A stretch of DNA of 61,037 nt, the filler included, from Chiloscyllium plagiosum (taxonomy: Eukaryota), in the NCBI RefSeq assembly GCF_004010195.1. It is 3 parts of one record of this genome, joined end to end, with 100 filler letters (N's around TTAATTAATTAA, not from the genome) between each part and the next. Parts side by side here need not be neighbours in the genome. Positions count along the whole stretch, not along the records: positions 1 to 24,761 come from NC_057711.1; 2 more parts are not named here. One strand, 5' to 3'. The translations under genes and the position numbers were made by a program. Numbering within the stretch: position 1 is the first letter of the stretch; each line of letters starts with the position of its first letter. Shown here in pieces: positions 11,611 through 24,861 of this stretch. The notes under the pieces are model-generated. The model searched no databases, was not told where the DNA came from, and saw only the letters and a program-made list of their open reading frames with translations.

Positions 11611-14600
11611 GCGGGTAAGTGCGAGCAGCAGCGGAGAAGGAGCGGGAGCAGCGGAGGAAGTGACGAGGACCGGAGGGGCAGCCGGGAAGGAAAGCAGTGA
11701 CCATATATATCAGCAAGGCGGCTAAACCCGAGACTCTACTACTGTAGTGTCTTTCACCTGCCCTCCTTCTTTAACCTAGTTAATAAGTAGGAAGAGCGGG
11801 AGCGACGACCAGGGGACTGCCGGTAATATATCTGGGCAGTGGCTGAACCTGAGACACTACACGTGTTGAGTCTCCCACCCCCCATCCCCCCCTCCTCTAG
11901 CCAAAAATAGGTAAGGATTTTCAATTTCTTTATCGGGGATTGGTTAAAAATTTACTTTTTATGGTTTATCTATTAATTGGTTTTTAGAAAAAGACTATAG
12001 CAGTGAGGTATCAGAAAGTATTTTAACTAAAACTTATACAAAGTAATAAAGTAATTAACTAAGCAGCGATGGCTGGGCAGGTGATGTGCTGTAGCTGTAT
12101 GATGTGGGAGCTGGCTGATCCCATTGTGAACGGCAGTGACCACATCTGCAGCAAGTGTTGGTTGCTGGAAGAACTCCGGATCAGAGTTGATGATCTGGAA
12201 TCTGAGCTTCAAACACTGCGGCACATCCGGGAGGGGGAGAGTTACCTGGATGTTTTGTTTCAGGAGGCAGTCACACCTGGGAGATTAAGTAATTCACAGT
12301 TAGTGATCAGGGATATCAGAATGTGACTGGAAGTGAGGCAGGTAGGGGGAACCTGAGTTCAGCAGTGCAGGAGCCTCAGCCCTTGACCTTGTCCAACAGG
12401 AATGAGATTCTTGCTCCCTGTACGGATAAGGAAAAGGGCTCTTGACAGGATGAGCCAGCTGACCACAGCACCATGGTGCAGAAGGCCGTTCAAGAGGGGG
12501 GAGCAAAAAGACAAGTAGTTGTTATAGGGGATTCTATAATTAGGGGGACAGATAGTATTCTATGCAAGCCGGATCGGGAGTCTCGCATGGTGTGTTGCCT
12601 GCCCGGTGCCAGGGTGCGGGACATCTCTGACCGGCTTGAAAGGATATTGGAGGTGGGGAGGTTCCAGTTGTTGTGGTCCACGTTGGGACTAACAACATAG
12701 GCAAAGCTAGGGTGGAGGACCTGTTTGCGGATTATCAAGCACTAGGAAGGAAATTGAAGTACCGGTCCTCAAGGGTCATAATCTCCGGATTACTGCCTGA
12801 GCCATATGCCAGTTGGCATAGGGATAAGAAAATTAGGGAAGTAAACATGTGGCTAAGGGATTGGTGTGGGAAAGAGGGATTCCATTTCATGGGGCATTGG
12901 CATCAGTTTTGGAACTGGGGGGATCTGTACCATTGGGACGGTCTTCACCCTGAACCGATCTGGTACCAATGTTCTAGCGAAAAGTATAAATAGGGTGGTC
13001 AGTAGGACTTTAAACTTCTGAGTTGGGGGGAGGGAAAGTGAAAGCGACAGGGAGTATGGAGTTAAATGGAAAGATAAGCAGGAGGATAGCATGTATGCAG
13101 GTGGATTTAAGAGTGAGGCAGACTAGGAATGCAACAAAAAGGAAGGATAACTTAGGACATCTTATGACTTCCAATATCTCTAATGATAAGAAAGTTAGCA
13201 TTAAGGCACTTTACCTGAATGCTCGTAGCATTCGTAACAAAATAGATGAACTAACGGCACAGATCATCGTGAATGATTATGATATGGTAGGCATCACAGA
13301 GACATGGTTGCAGGGGGTTCAGGACTGGCAGTTAAACATCCAAGGATTTACAACTTATCAAAAAGACAGGGAGGTGGGCAGAGGGGGCGGGGTGGCCTTG
13401 TTAGTTAAGAACATAACTAAATCTATGGCACTGAATGACATAGGGTCGGATGATGTGGAGTCTGTGTGGGTGGAATTGAGGAACACAAAGGCAAAAAAAA
13501 ACATAATGGGAGTTATGAACAGACCTCCTAACAGTGGTCAGGACCAGGGGCGCAACATGTACCGGGAAATAGAAAAGGCATGTCAGAAAGTCAAGGTCAC
13601 GGTGATCATGGGGGACTTCAGTATGCAGGTGGACTGGGTAAATAATGTTGCCAGTGGATCCAAAGAAAGGGAATTCTTGGAATGCTTACAGGATGGCTTT
13701 TTGGAACAGCTTGTCATGGAGCTCACAAGGAAGCAGGTTATTTTGGACCTAGTACTATGTATCGAACAAGACTTTATAAAAGATCTTAAAGTAAGGGAAC
13801 ACTTGGGAAGCAGCGATCATAATATGGTAGAGTTCAGTCTGCAGTTTGAAAGAGAGAAGGCAAAATCGGATGTAATGGTGTTACAGTTAAACAAAGGTAA
13901 TTATGAGGGCATGAGAGAGGAACTGACAAAAATAGACTGGAAGCAGAGCCTAGCAGGGAAGACAATAGAGCAAAAATGGCAGGAGTTTGTAGGTATAATT
14001 GAGGACACTGTACAGAGCTTCATCCCCAAGAAAAGAAAGATTATCCGGGGAGGGATTAGACANNNNNNNNNNNNNNNNNNNNNNNNNNNNNNNNNNNNNN
14101 NNNNNNNNNNNNNNNNNNNNNNNNNNNNNNNNNNNNNNNNNNNNNNNNNNNNNNNNNNNNNNNNNNNNNNNNNNNNNNNNNNNNNNNNNNNNNNNNNNNN
14201 NNNNNNNNNNNNNNNNNNNNNNNNNNNNNNNNNNNNNNNNNNNNNNNNNNNNNNNNNNNNNNNNNNNNNNNNNNNNNNNNNNNNNNNNNNNNNNNNNNNN
14301 NNNNNNNNNNNNNNNNNNNNNNNNNNNNNNNNNNNNNNNNNNNNNNNNNNAAAGGTCTTAAAATTGACAAATCTCCTGGCCCCGATGGGCTACATCCTAG
14401 AGTTCTGAGGGAGGTGGCTGAGGAAATAGCGGAGGCATTGGTTGAGATCTTTCAAAAGTCACTGGAGTCAGGGAAAGTCCTGGATGATTGGAAGACCGCT
14501 GTTGTAACCCCATTGTTCAAGAAAGGATAAAGACCAAAGATGGAAAATTATAGGCCAATTAGCCTAACCTCGGTTGTTGGTAAAATTCTAGAATCCATCG

Positions 14601-15939
14601 TTAAGGATGAGGTTTCTAAATTCTTGGAAGAGCAGGGTCGGATTAGAACAAGCCAACATGGATTTAGTAAGAGGAGGTCGTGCCTGACAAACCTGTTAGA
14701 ATTCTTTGAAGAGGTGACAAGCAGGTTAGACCAGGGAAACCAGTGGATTTGGTCTAACTAGAATTCCAAAAGGCCTTTGATAAGGTGTCACACGGGAGGC
14801 TGCTGAGTAAGGTGAGGGCCCATGGTGTTCGAGGTGAGCTACTGGCATGGATTGAGGATTAGCTGTCTGACAGAAGGCAGAGAGTTGGGATAAGAGGTTC
14901 TTTTTCGGAATGGCAGCTGGTGACAAGCGGTGTCCCACAGGGTTCAGTGTTGGGGCGCAGCTGTTCAAGTTATATATTAATGATCTGGATGAAGGGACTA
15001 AGGGCATTCTAGCGAAGTTTGCCGATGATAATACGAAGTTAGGTGGACAGGCAGGTAGTACTGAGGAAGTGGGAAGCTGCAAATGGACCTAGACAGTTTG
15101 GGAGAGTGGTCCAGGAAATGGCTGATGAAGTTCAATGTGAGCAAATGTGAGGTCTTGCACTTTGGAAAAAAGAATACAACCATGGACTACTTTCTAAGTA
15201 GTGAGAAAATTCATAAAGCTAAAGTACAAAGGGATCTGGGAGTGCTAGTCGAGGATTCTCTAAAGGTAAACATGCAGGTTGAATCCGTGATTAAGAAAGC
15301 GAATAATGTTGTCATTTATCTCAAGAGGGTTGGGATATAAAAGCAGCGATGTGCTACTGAGACTTTATAAAGCTCTGGTTAGGCCCCATTTGGAGTACTG
15401 TGTTTTGGGCCCCACACCTCAGGAGGGACATACTGGCACTGGAGCATGTCCAGCGGAGATTCACATGGATGATCCCTGGAATGGTAGGTCTAACGTACGA
15501 GGAACGGCTGAGGATCCTGGGATTGTACTCATTGGAGTTTAGAAGGTTAAGGGGAGATCTAATAGAAACTTACAAGATAATACATGGCTTGGAAAAGGTG
15601 GACGCTAAGAAATTGTTTCCATTAGGCGAGGAGATTAGGACCCGTGGGCACAGCCTTTGAATTAGAGTGGATAAATTCAGAACAGAAATGCGGAGACATT
15701 TCTTCAGCCAGAGAGTGGTGGGTCTGTGGAATTCATTGCCGTGGAGTGCAGTGGAGGCCGAGACGCTAAGTGTCTTCAAGGCAGAGATTGATAAATTCTT
15801 AATGTCACAAGGAATTAAGGGCTATGGGGAGAATGCGGGTAAGTGGAATTGAAATGCCCATCAGCCATGATTAAATGGCGGAGTGGACTCAATGGGCCGA
15901 ATGGCCTTACTTCGACTCCAATGTCTTATGGTCTTATGG
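11611..15939 (+). mobile_element. Near full-length younger CR1 LINE (5' UTR, ORF1 zinc finger plus SGNH esterase, ORF2 APE plus RT), frameshifted, with N-gap
   Basis: ORF1 MAGQVMCCSCMMWE..CSKC, VIGDSIIRG, HVGTNNIG; ORF2 YLNARSIRNK, GITETW, MGDF, SDHN, YRPISLTS, FADD; (TCTTATGG)n tail. Confidence 0.95.
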
Positions 15940-16664
15940 GTATGAGGATCCTGTCAGTGTAATATATTTGGACTTTCGGAAAGCATTTGATATGGCGCTG
16001 TACAAATTCTTAATGAACAAATTAAAATCACATAGGGGTAGGGGTAATATATTAGCTTGGATAGAGAATTAGCTAACCAACAGCAAGTAAGGAGTTGGGA
16101 TGAATGGATCTTTTTCTAGTAGGCAAGATGTAACTAGTGGTGTGCCACTGGTTTGGTCCTCAGGCACCAACTATTTACAATCTACTTTAATGTCTTCAGT
16201 GTAGGGCTAGAAAGTACTATAACCAAACTTGCAAATGCCATTACAATGGGAAAGTAAGCCACAATAAAGAAATAAGAAACTTACGAATGGATATGAATAA
16301 GTTTGGTAAATGGACAAAGATTTTTACAAATTGTTTTTAATGTCGGTAAGCATGAAGTTATCCAGTTTGAATGGAACAAATAGAAAGTCAGCTTATTATC
16401 TAAATGTAGAGAAACGTCAGAGTGCTCTAGTGTAGAGAGATCTGGGTCCTTGTGCATGAATTGCAGAAATCTAGTATGAAGATATAGTAGATAATAAGGA
16501 AGGTAAATGGAATTTTGGCATCTGTTGCTAAAGGAATAGAGAATGAAAGTAGGGAAATATTACTGCAACTGTACATGACATTGGTGAGACTTTGCCTGGA
16601 GTATTGTGTAACATTTTCGAAACTTTACTTGAGGAAGGATGTAATTGCATTAGAGGCAGTTTTC

Positions 16665-18295
16665 AAGTCATAGAGATGTACAACATGGAAACAGATCCTT
16701 CCGTTTAACTCGTCCATGCCAACCAGATATCCTCAACTACTCAAGTTCCATTTGCCAGCACATGGTCCATATCCCTGTAAACCTTTCCTATTCACTTACC
16801 ATCCAGATGTCTTTTAAACTTTGTAATTGTACCATCCTCCACCACTTCCTCTGGCAGCTCGTACTATTCACTCACCAGCCTCTATGTGAAAATGTTGCCC
16901 CTTAGGTCCCTTTTAAAATTTTCCCCTCTCACCCTAAACCTATTCCAGCTAGTTCTGGACACCCCCGTCCCAGGGAAAAGACCTTATTTATTTACCCTAT
17001 CCATGTCCCTCATGATTTTCCAATTTCCCTGTCAGTATATTAGGACCCATTCCAATTCAGGTGCAATCTGTCCTTCTTGTACAGGTCACTTCTACCCCAG
17101 AAGAGATTCCAATGATCCAAAAATGTGAACCCTTCTCCCCTGCACCAGCCCCTCTGCCACACAATCATCTGCTCTGTCCTTCTATTCCTACCCTCACTAG
17201 CTCATAGCATCGGGAGTAATCTAGACATTACTACCCTCGAAGACCTCCTTTTTAAATTCCTGCTTAACGATTTCTTTTCTCCTTTCAGAATTCCATTCTT
17301 TTCCCTTTCTATGTCATTGTATCCAATGTGTACCATGACCTCCTGCTGGTCCCTCTCCTCTTCGCGAAAATTCTTCACCCTCTCCAAGATATCCTTGGAT
17401 CCTGGCACTCGGGGCTAACAAATCATTCTGATTTTTTTGCTGCCGGCTGCAGAAACGTCTATCTGAGCCCCTGATTAGAGAGTCCCCTATCACAATCGAT
17501 TGCTTGGAACCCGATGTACCCCTCATTTCATTAGATCCATTCTTGATACCAGAAACTTGGCTATTCATGCTACATTTCCCTGAGAGTCCATCACCCTATA
17601 TATTTTCCAAAACAGCTTACTTATTTGAGATGGAGGTAGCCACAGGAGACTCCTGCACTCTCTGCCCCCCTCTCCTATGTTTCCTGGAGTTAACCCATCT
17701 ACCTGACTGCATCTACAGCTTTTCCCCTTTCCTATAACTGCCATCCATCGCACCCCCTAGCTCTTGAAAATTCTTTATTGCCGCCAACTGCTGTTCCAAC
17801 TGATCCATGCAATCTGATAGGATTCGCAACCAAACACCCTTCCTGAAGATGTAATCATCAGTAACATGGAAACTCTCCCTGAACTCCCACATCCAACAGG
17901 GAGAGCATATCACTCTACAAAAGGTCATTTTTGCTCCTTCACAATCTACAGACCCAGAAAAGAGCCTAGTCTTACAGTTCTAAAAACACTGCTCCAGGCT
18001 AACTTAGTACTTATGGTTGATATTTTTAAAATTTAATCAAGAAGTAGATCTCAATAAAATATATAATCAGGAAAGGATCCACTCTACTCACTATTGTAGA
18101 TTTACAGCAAGGTTACACTTAAAAACAATGTACTTATCTGTACCTGCACTGTGTGCTGTCCCACACAGGTTCCTCCAAGGTCAGCTGTGAATTTCGCTAT
18201 TTGTTAATTTTTCCTCGACACACTCCGATGTCCAGAGATACTTGAACTCAAACAGCAAAGGTAATAACTGTGCAGATACACTGCTGTATCAGACA
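16665..18295 (-). mobile_element. CR1 derivative: 5' UTR and ORF1 joined to a HER1 3' end, most of ORF2 absent
   Basis: ORF1 MTFCRVICSPCWMWEFRE and VIGDSLIRGSDRRFC run into 3' end sequence near 17020; host CR1 frame rejoins around it. Confidence 0.8.
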
Positions 18296-19904
18296 GCTCA
18301 GAGGAGGTTCACTAGATTGAATCCAGAGGTGAGGAGTTTGTCTTATGAAGAGAGATTGAGCACTTTCTGCACTTTAGAAGCCTAAGAGGAGATCTACTTG
18401 AGGTAAAGAGGATGCTAAAGGGGGTTGACAAAGTAGGTGGAGAAAGGATGTTTTGTCATGTGGGGCTATCTAGAGCATGAGATAATAATTTTAGGATAAG
18501 GGTTGGCAATTTAACATAGAGATGAGGAGAAATTACTTCTCTCAGGGTTATGAATCTGTGGAATTCACTTCTCTGGAGTGTGGTGGATGCCAAGACAGTG
18601 AGTAAATTTAAGGAGAACATACAAATTTATAATTAGTAACACGTTGAAGGATCATGGAGAGTGGGCAGGGAAGTGGAGTTGAGGCCGAGGTGAGTTCAGT
18701 CATGATCGTATTAAGTGGCGGAGCAGGCACGAGGGGCAAAATGGTCTATTCCGGCACCTTCTTACGTTCTTATGTTTTTGTGTTCTTATCCAGTCTGGGC
18801 CACATGTGACTGTAATTGCAAAGTCCCTGAATGGCTTTGCAAAGTATTTAGCTGTGATACATTGGCTCCAAGTAGGTGGGCCACCATTTTCTCAGGGCAG
18901 TGAAAGGTCAACAATTGTTGTGTGGCCTGAGTAGAGTTCTTCACATCTGAGGTGCACTCATGATAAAGTGCAAGCATCATGCTAATATTTCAGGATAGTA
19001 AATATAGGAGAGGAAGGAGAAATGTTTCCAAACACATTTTTTCTGGGTAACAGGGGAATGGAAATAATGCAAAATGTGATTTACGTTTCTCCAATGTTTA
19101 CAGTCCAAGCTGTTGGCCATCACATTTCTATCCTACATGTCAGCAGATTAGGACGAAGATCATTTTTTCCTAAGACACGGTGTTGTACAAGATAGCAGTT
19201 TCACCTGCAGTCTCTGTGGGAGGGACTAAGTAACTGTAGAAAAGCTTGTTTTAGAGAAAAGGAAGTAATTTTTTTTCAGATAGTCTTTGTGTTATTATAA
19301 GATTATTTAAGTGTAAACTTGTTAGGCTCAATTTCATATTCACCACAAATTTCAAAGATAGTTGTTGGGCGCCATAAAATTTTCATAAAATTCATAAATT
19401 CACCCATCCGTTCTAAAGCTACGCTATTCACTGATAAAGTACAACGTCATGTTGCCGTGAATTTCTGTACAGGAAGGAACAGAGCATTAATTGTCGGAAG
19501 GCTCTGTTGGCAAGAGAAAGTAAAATTCAACATTCCATACAATCTACAGGAAGGATTGTGATATTTTAATACAATGGAAGGAAACAACAGACATTTTATG
19601 GCAATGTTAAGCATTTCAGAAGAACTTAATGCACCAAGCAAAAAGAATGATTTAGGGTTAGGCTTTGCACTGTGTGACTGTGTGAAACTGCTAAATTAGC
19701 TATGCTGGCTCAAACCGGTGAAGAGTTTTATTACTCTTTAATTTTTGCTGTCCAAACAATCTTAGATATAGATGGAATAATATTAATCCTATCAGAACTA
19801 ATGCTAATTTTAAGGCATAAAATTATATTTTTGTGTAAGGTTATTTATATCCTGGTAGTTAGCGATGGTGTCCATTTCATGGTTTTCTGAAGGAGAATAG
19901 TCAA

Positions 19905-20192
19905 TTACTGGAAGACATAGGTTTAAGATAACAGGGTGAAACTTTTAAGAAGATATGAGAAGCGAGTTTTAGGGTTGTAGGTGCCTAGAATGCGCTGCCA
20001 GAGGAGATGGTAGGAGCAGATACAATAGCAATGTTTAAGAGGCAACTTGACAGAATCTTGAGGAGACAGGCATTAGAGGGATATGGACCATGTAGAGGCA
20101 AAATGTTTTTAGTTTAATAAGGTATCATGTGCCAGTGCAGGCTCGGTGGACCAAACGGCCTGTTCCTGTGCTGAACTGTTCTTTGTTCTTTG
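19905..20192 (+). mobile_element. CR1 3' fragment
   Basis: GAATGCGCTGCCAGAGGAGATGG...GGCCTGTTCCTGTGCTG plus TGTTCTT tail. Confidence 0.85.
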
Positions 20193-20419
20193 AGCTTTCT
20201 GCATTGATGATGATTTTACAATATCGTGTGTTGATACCTTAACCATACCAAGTTGAGAGGTGCAGAATTATGCCCATGCACTAACTTATCATTGCTCGGG
20301 TTGCACACCATTGCTTGTAGCAAAAATGAAGTTTGAGGTTAAATGTAAAATATTTTATCTTCAATTTGGAAGTTAAGATTGGATTTGTGGTTTTGGCAAC
20401 TGAACTGGGAAAGATTTTT

Positions 20420-20640
20420 TGGTTGATGTTTGCTGGAATGCATGACCAGAACATCTGGTGGAAACAGATTCAGTCATAGCTTTCAAAAGGAAATTAGAAA
20501 GATACTAGAGAGGTTCATAAATATTTGAAAAGGAAGACAAATATGCAAGGCTGTGTGCAATGAATGGGTCTAATAGGATAGCTCTTTCAGAGGTGCACTC
20601 GGTTGAATGACCTCCTTCTGTTCTGTATAATTCTATGATT
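20420..20640 (+). mobile_element. Old CR1 3' fragment
   Basis: GCTGGAATGCATGACCAG...GAATGACCTCCTTCTGTTCTGTATAATTCTATGATT. Confidence 0.75.
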
Positions 20641-21084
20641 TTAATTTTAATTGTGGAATCTGAAAGCCAGTTGCCCTTGAAGTGAGAAAGATAATGAGAA
20701 AGAGGTGCTAGAATGAATAGCACAATGCAATTGTGCTCACCCATGTTCCTTTCTTCTGGTAACATTTATCGGTAGAACACATCATTCATGAGTTGTCAAA
20801 GCAAAGTGAAGATGGACAGATTGGATGGATAAACTGTTGAAACAACAGTATTCTGCGCATTTACTTTGTATTGCTGTTCACTTGTGATCTGACATTAAGA
20901 CACAAAGTGGATATAAAGAATGCCAAATTTTAATGAACGTGTCACAAATTAGGTTGAAGCCCTGTGTAACTTCCACTCTATTGAATTTTTGTACTGAACC
21001 AGGAAGTGTCACTAGACCAGCTTAATGCCAGAATGGGAGTTGGGAATGGTAATAACATTCTGAAGATCTCGGTAACTGGATGGG

Positions 21085-21580
21085 GTACAGAAGAGGTTCA
21101 CTAGGTTGATTCTGGAAGTGAGAAGGTTGCCTTATGAGGAGAGATTGAGTAGATTGGGACTGTACTTAGTGGTATTTTAGAAGAATGAGCGGGAATCTTA
21201 AAGAAGCATATAAATTATGAAGGGAATAGGCAGGATAGAAGCAGGGAGGTTGTTTCCACTGGAGGATGAAACTAGAACTAGGACATAGCCTCAAAATAAG
21301 GGGAAGCTTTAGGACTGAGATCAGGAGGAATATCTTCACCCAAAGAGTTGTGAATCTGTGAATTTCCTGCTCAGTGGAGCAGTTAAGGCTACCTCATTGA
21401 ATGTTTTTAAGGCAAAGAAAGATAGATTTTGAACAGCAAAGGAATTAAGAGTGACTGGGGGGTAAATGCAACTGAGTTCAAAAAGAGATCAGCTATGATC
21501 TTATTGAATGGCGGAGCAGGCTCGAAGGGCCAGATGGCCTACTCCTGCTCCTAGTTCTTATGTTCTTATGTTTTATGTTC
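21085..21580 (+). mobile_element. CR1 3' fragment
   Basis: VQKRFTRLI...YEERLSRLGLY; (TTCTTATG)n tail. Confidence 0.88.
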
Positions 21581-22621
21581 TAACATTTAAACATGGTAGA
21601 AAGTAGGTGATGTATGGCAGAGAGCTATATTTAAGGCATAGTTTTTTCTGTAATTCCCCTTTGGCGGAGCATGAGAGAATCTGAATGGAGTCTCATACCT
21701 CTAATGTTTGGAATAAGTTCATATACAGTAGCCAAAACCCACAAGTAACATTTGAATAAAAGCATTCTGCAAAGCAATCCCAAGGAGTTATCATCGTTTG
21801 AAGATTGGGCCCTTTGTACTTGGAGGATGCAGGCCATGAAAATTCATGAGATTATATCAATATTTAGATCTGCATCATAAATTAAAAATGTGCTGTGCCA
21901 CAGATAAGATGCTTGCTTCTTGCAATTAATTCCTGTTTGAAGTCCTAGTAGTTCCTGAAAATAAAATCTACAAGCCACATCAATGATCAATAGTGTCAGC
22001 TGGGATCAGGTTGAATGACACAACAAGGATATGAACTATGCCTTTCATTCAGCCTTTTGGAAGTCCACCAAAAGTTGTTAATATTCAGAATGTATGTGTG
22101 TGAGTGCTTTTTAAAATAGTATATTATAATTCCCTTCTTATGGTACACTGATTTTTGGGATGTGGTTCCATGGATGCATGTGACCTTCAACTGAATAGGG
22201 CTTACCAAGTAGCAGTGTTCGGAAATGGAAGTTGTCAACAAGGGCACACAGACCCCTTCCCCCTTCCTCCCTCCCCCACTTTCCCCCCATTTCCCCCTAC
22301 AATAAATGATTAGCAACCATAGTTGGAAATATAGAAGTACAAATGCTTATTCCAGCAAATATCTCCAAAATACACACACAATCACACATATGCAAACACA
22401 GACACACACTTGTCAGGAAAAGAGAGAAAAGTAGATTTAGCTGAAGAGATTGCTTTTCTAAAAGAAAAACACAATTTGACCAATGGGCTACTCTTAAAAG
22501 CAGAAGGTTACAATGTAAGATATTCTGGGGTCTGTTTCCGTGAACTTATGGCATGTGTTATTGCAAATCTTGCCCAGTTTTCTCTGAAGACTTGCCGACA
22601 CAGCTTGCTTAGGAAATACCG

Positions 22622-22934
22622 TGGGCAGCACGGTGGCACAGTGGTTAGCACTGCTGCCTCACAGCGCCAGAGACCCGGGTTCAATTCCCGCCTCAGCCGA
22701 CTAACTGTGTGGAGTTTGCATGTTCTCCCCGTGTCTGTGTGGGTTTCCTCCAGGTGCTCCAGTTTCCTCCCACAGTCCAACGATGTGCAGGTCAGGTGAA
22801 TTGACCATGTTAAATTGCCCGTAGTGTTAGGTAAGGGGTAAACGTAAGGGTATGGGTGGGTTGCACTTCAGTGGGGCAGTGTAGACTTGTTGGGCCAAAG
22901 GGACTTTTTCCACACTGTAAGTAATCTAATCTAA
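22622..22934 (+). mobile_element. HE1-type SINE
   Basis: GGGCAGCACGGTGGCACAGTGGTTAGC head, (AATCT)n tail. Confidence 0.93.
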
Positions 22935-23225
22935 ATAAAAACAAATAGTTTTCCCTGAACTCAACAAAAGAGTTTCTTTTTAGAAATGGTCAGCTTGTGC
23001 TTTGCAAGTTTCCTGTTCTTAACTGGCTTTCCACCAACTCAGAACCACCCCAGGTATATCTACAAAATGTGAAATAAACTCCTTTTTTATAAGTCTGCAA
23101 AAACAAAGAATTTCTCGCAATATTAAAAGTGTCTTTGTAACAGTATCTCAGAACAGAAGAAGGTAGAAGTCTCACATACAACAGATGTAACTTAAGCAAC
23201 TGAAAGGCTCTCTTTTGTTGCAATG

Positions 23226-23540
23226 ATTAGATTAGATTACTTACAGTGTGGAAACAGGCCCTTCGGCCCAACAAGTCCACACCGCCCCGCCGAAGCGCAA
23301 CCCACCCATACCCCTACATTTACCCCTTACCTAACGCTACGGGCAATTTAGCATGGCCAATTCACCTGACCTGCACATCTTTGGACTGTGGGAGGAAACC
23401 GGAGCACCCGGAGGAAACCCCCGGAGGCACGGGGAGAACGTGCAAACTCCACACAGTCAGTCGCCTGAGGCGGGAATTGAACTCGGGTCATCTGGCGCTG
23501 TGAGGCAGCAGTGCTAACCACTGTGCCACCGTGCCGCCCA
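23226..23540 (-). mobile_element. HE1-type SINE
   Basis: Reverse complement of the same SINE. Confidence 0.93.
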
Positions 23541-23804
23541 CTATGATCTTGAAGCAAACCAACAGAAAGATAGGTGTCAAGCCTTTGGTGTTATAATGTT
23601 ATTAGCAGACTAATAATTAATTTAATCCACTGTAGGATGGGAGATTTATTTAAACAGTTGTTTCAACTAGTTTTACTTTTCTGTATTATTAAAGAAACTC
23701 TGTTATTGTTTTTAATTTTGCTCTCTGCTTCCATCTATTGCACACCATGATGCTAATCATGTTGAAACACGTTATTTGCATTTGGAAGTTATAATATATG
23801 TGTA

Positions 23805-23905
23805 ATGCGGCTGAAAATGTGTTGCTGGAAAAGCGCAGCAAGGCAGCATCCAGGGAACAGGAGATTCGACGTTTCGGGCATAAGCCCTTCTTCAGGAAGG
23901 GCTTA
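23805..23905 (-). mobile_element. PLE terminal mini-insertion
   Basis: Near-identical to 3293-3387, plus a short inverted tip TAAGCCCTTC-ttcag-GAAGGGCTTA. Confidence 0.88.
23865..23898 (-). ncRNA. Minimal hammerhead ribozyme, intact core
   Basis: Reverse complement TTC-CTGAAGA-AGGGC TTAT GCCC-GAAACGTC-GAA: stem I TTC/GAA, GUC cleavage triplet. Confidence 0.8.
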
Positions 23906-24224
23906 ACATTAAAAGTTTCAGGAACTGATGATTTGTAAGATTATTTTGTATGTATGTTAGACCCATGGTCATACTTTTTGCTGTGTATGGCTGTGGTGCT
24001 TTATAAGGTAAGCACAGACAACACAATTGATCGGAGGTATTTGCTGTAAATTAAGAATGCTTTCCATTTGGCTTGTAGTTCAGTATAACATTTACCATTA
24101 AAATCATTCACATGTAAGCTACTTATTTATGAAAATCCTTGTCCATTTCATTTTTATAAAAGTCTTTCATGTAATGTGGGCACCACTGGCAAGGCCTGCA
24201 ATTATCGCTCTGATTCTTTTTGCA

Positions 24225-24761
24225 TCAGAGAGCGGCGGGAGCTGGGCGGAAGTGAAGGCAGAGCGCAAAGCTGGTCGGGAAGGTAAGTGATTGTTATTAG
24301 AGTGGGTGTGTTCGCGCAGTTGGTGCAGAGGCAGAGATGAAGAGTCGGACATCGCACAGAGCCGTGGTAATAAGAGACTCCACAGTGAGAGGAACTGTCC
24401 GGGGTTTTTGTGGCAGCAGACGGGACTTAGGATGGTGTGTTGCCTTCCTGGTGCCAGGGTTAAAGACATCACAGACAGAGTGCAGGAAATCCTCAAGGAT
24501 GAAGGTGAAGAGCCAGAGGTGGTGGTACATGTCGGCACAAATGATGTCGGGAAGAAGAGGAGGAACATACTACAGCGAGACTTCGGAGAACTAGGAAGAA
24601 GGCTGAAAAGCAGGACGTCCAAGGTGGTTATCTCCGGTTTGCTTCAAGTTCCTCGGGCTGGTGATGACAGAAACAGGGAGATAATGGACTTGAACATGTG
24701 GCTGGGGAACTGGTGCAGGAAGCAAGGATTTAAATTCTTGGATCACTGGAGTATGTTTTGT
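24225..24761 (+). mobile_element. CR1 5' end and ORF1 esterase fragment, ending at a gap
   Basis: RMVCCLPGARVKDITDRVQEIL...VVVHVGTNDVG...KVVISGLL. Confidence 0.9.
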
Positions 24762-24861
24762 NNNNNNNNNNNNNNNNNNNNNNNNNNNNNNNNNNNNNNN
24801 NNNNNTTAATTAATTAANNNNNNNNNNNNNNNNNNNNNNNNNNNNNNNNNNNNNNNNNNNN

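Larger units (their letters stand above)
9650..18785 (+). mobile_element. Old CR1 LINE (endonuclease, RT, 3' end) hosting several nested CR1 insertions
   Basis: NQINELTAQIEVNGYDL; KAGKSPGPDG; LLEFFKDVASKA|YEDPVSVIYLDFRKAFD; ALEAV|QRRFTRL; 3' (TTCTTATG)-type tail near 18760-18785. Confidence 0.85.
18790..22100 (+). pseudogene. Degenerate cadherin repeats split by three CR1 3' fragments
   Basis: FRIVNIGEEGEMFPNTFF...MFTVQAVG; TVLYKIAVSPAVSVGG; DYLSVNLLGSISY; SISEELNAP; FYYSLIFAVQTILDIDGII...ILVVSDGVH; FCIDDDFTIS; CSPMFLSS; GNNILKISVT. Weak beyond 21.6 kb. Confidence 0.65.

Noticed and set aside
19559..19561. In-frame TGA as possible selenocysteine or read-through
   Set aside because: Surrounded by TAA/TAG stops and frameshifts; ordinary pseudogene decay.
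24806..24817. TTAATTAATTAA palindrome inside an N-run (also 45463-45474)
   Set aside because: Identical 12-mer centred in two gaps; an assembly spacer, not biology.
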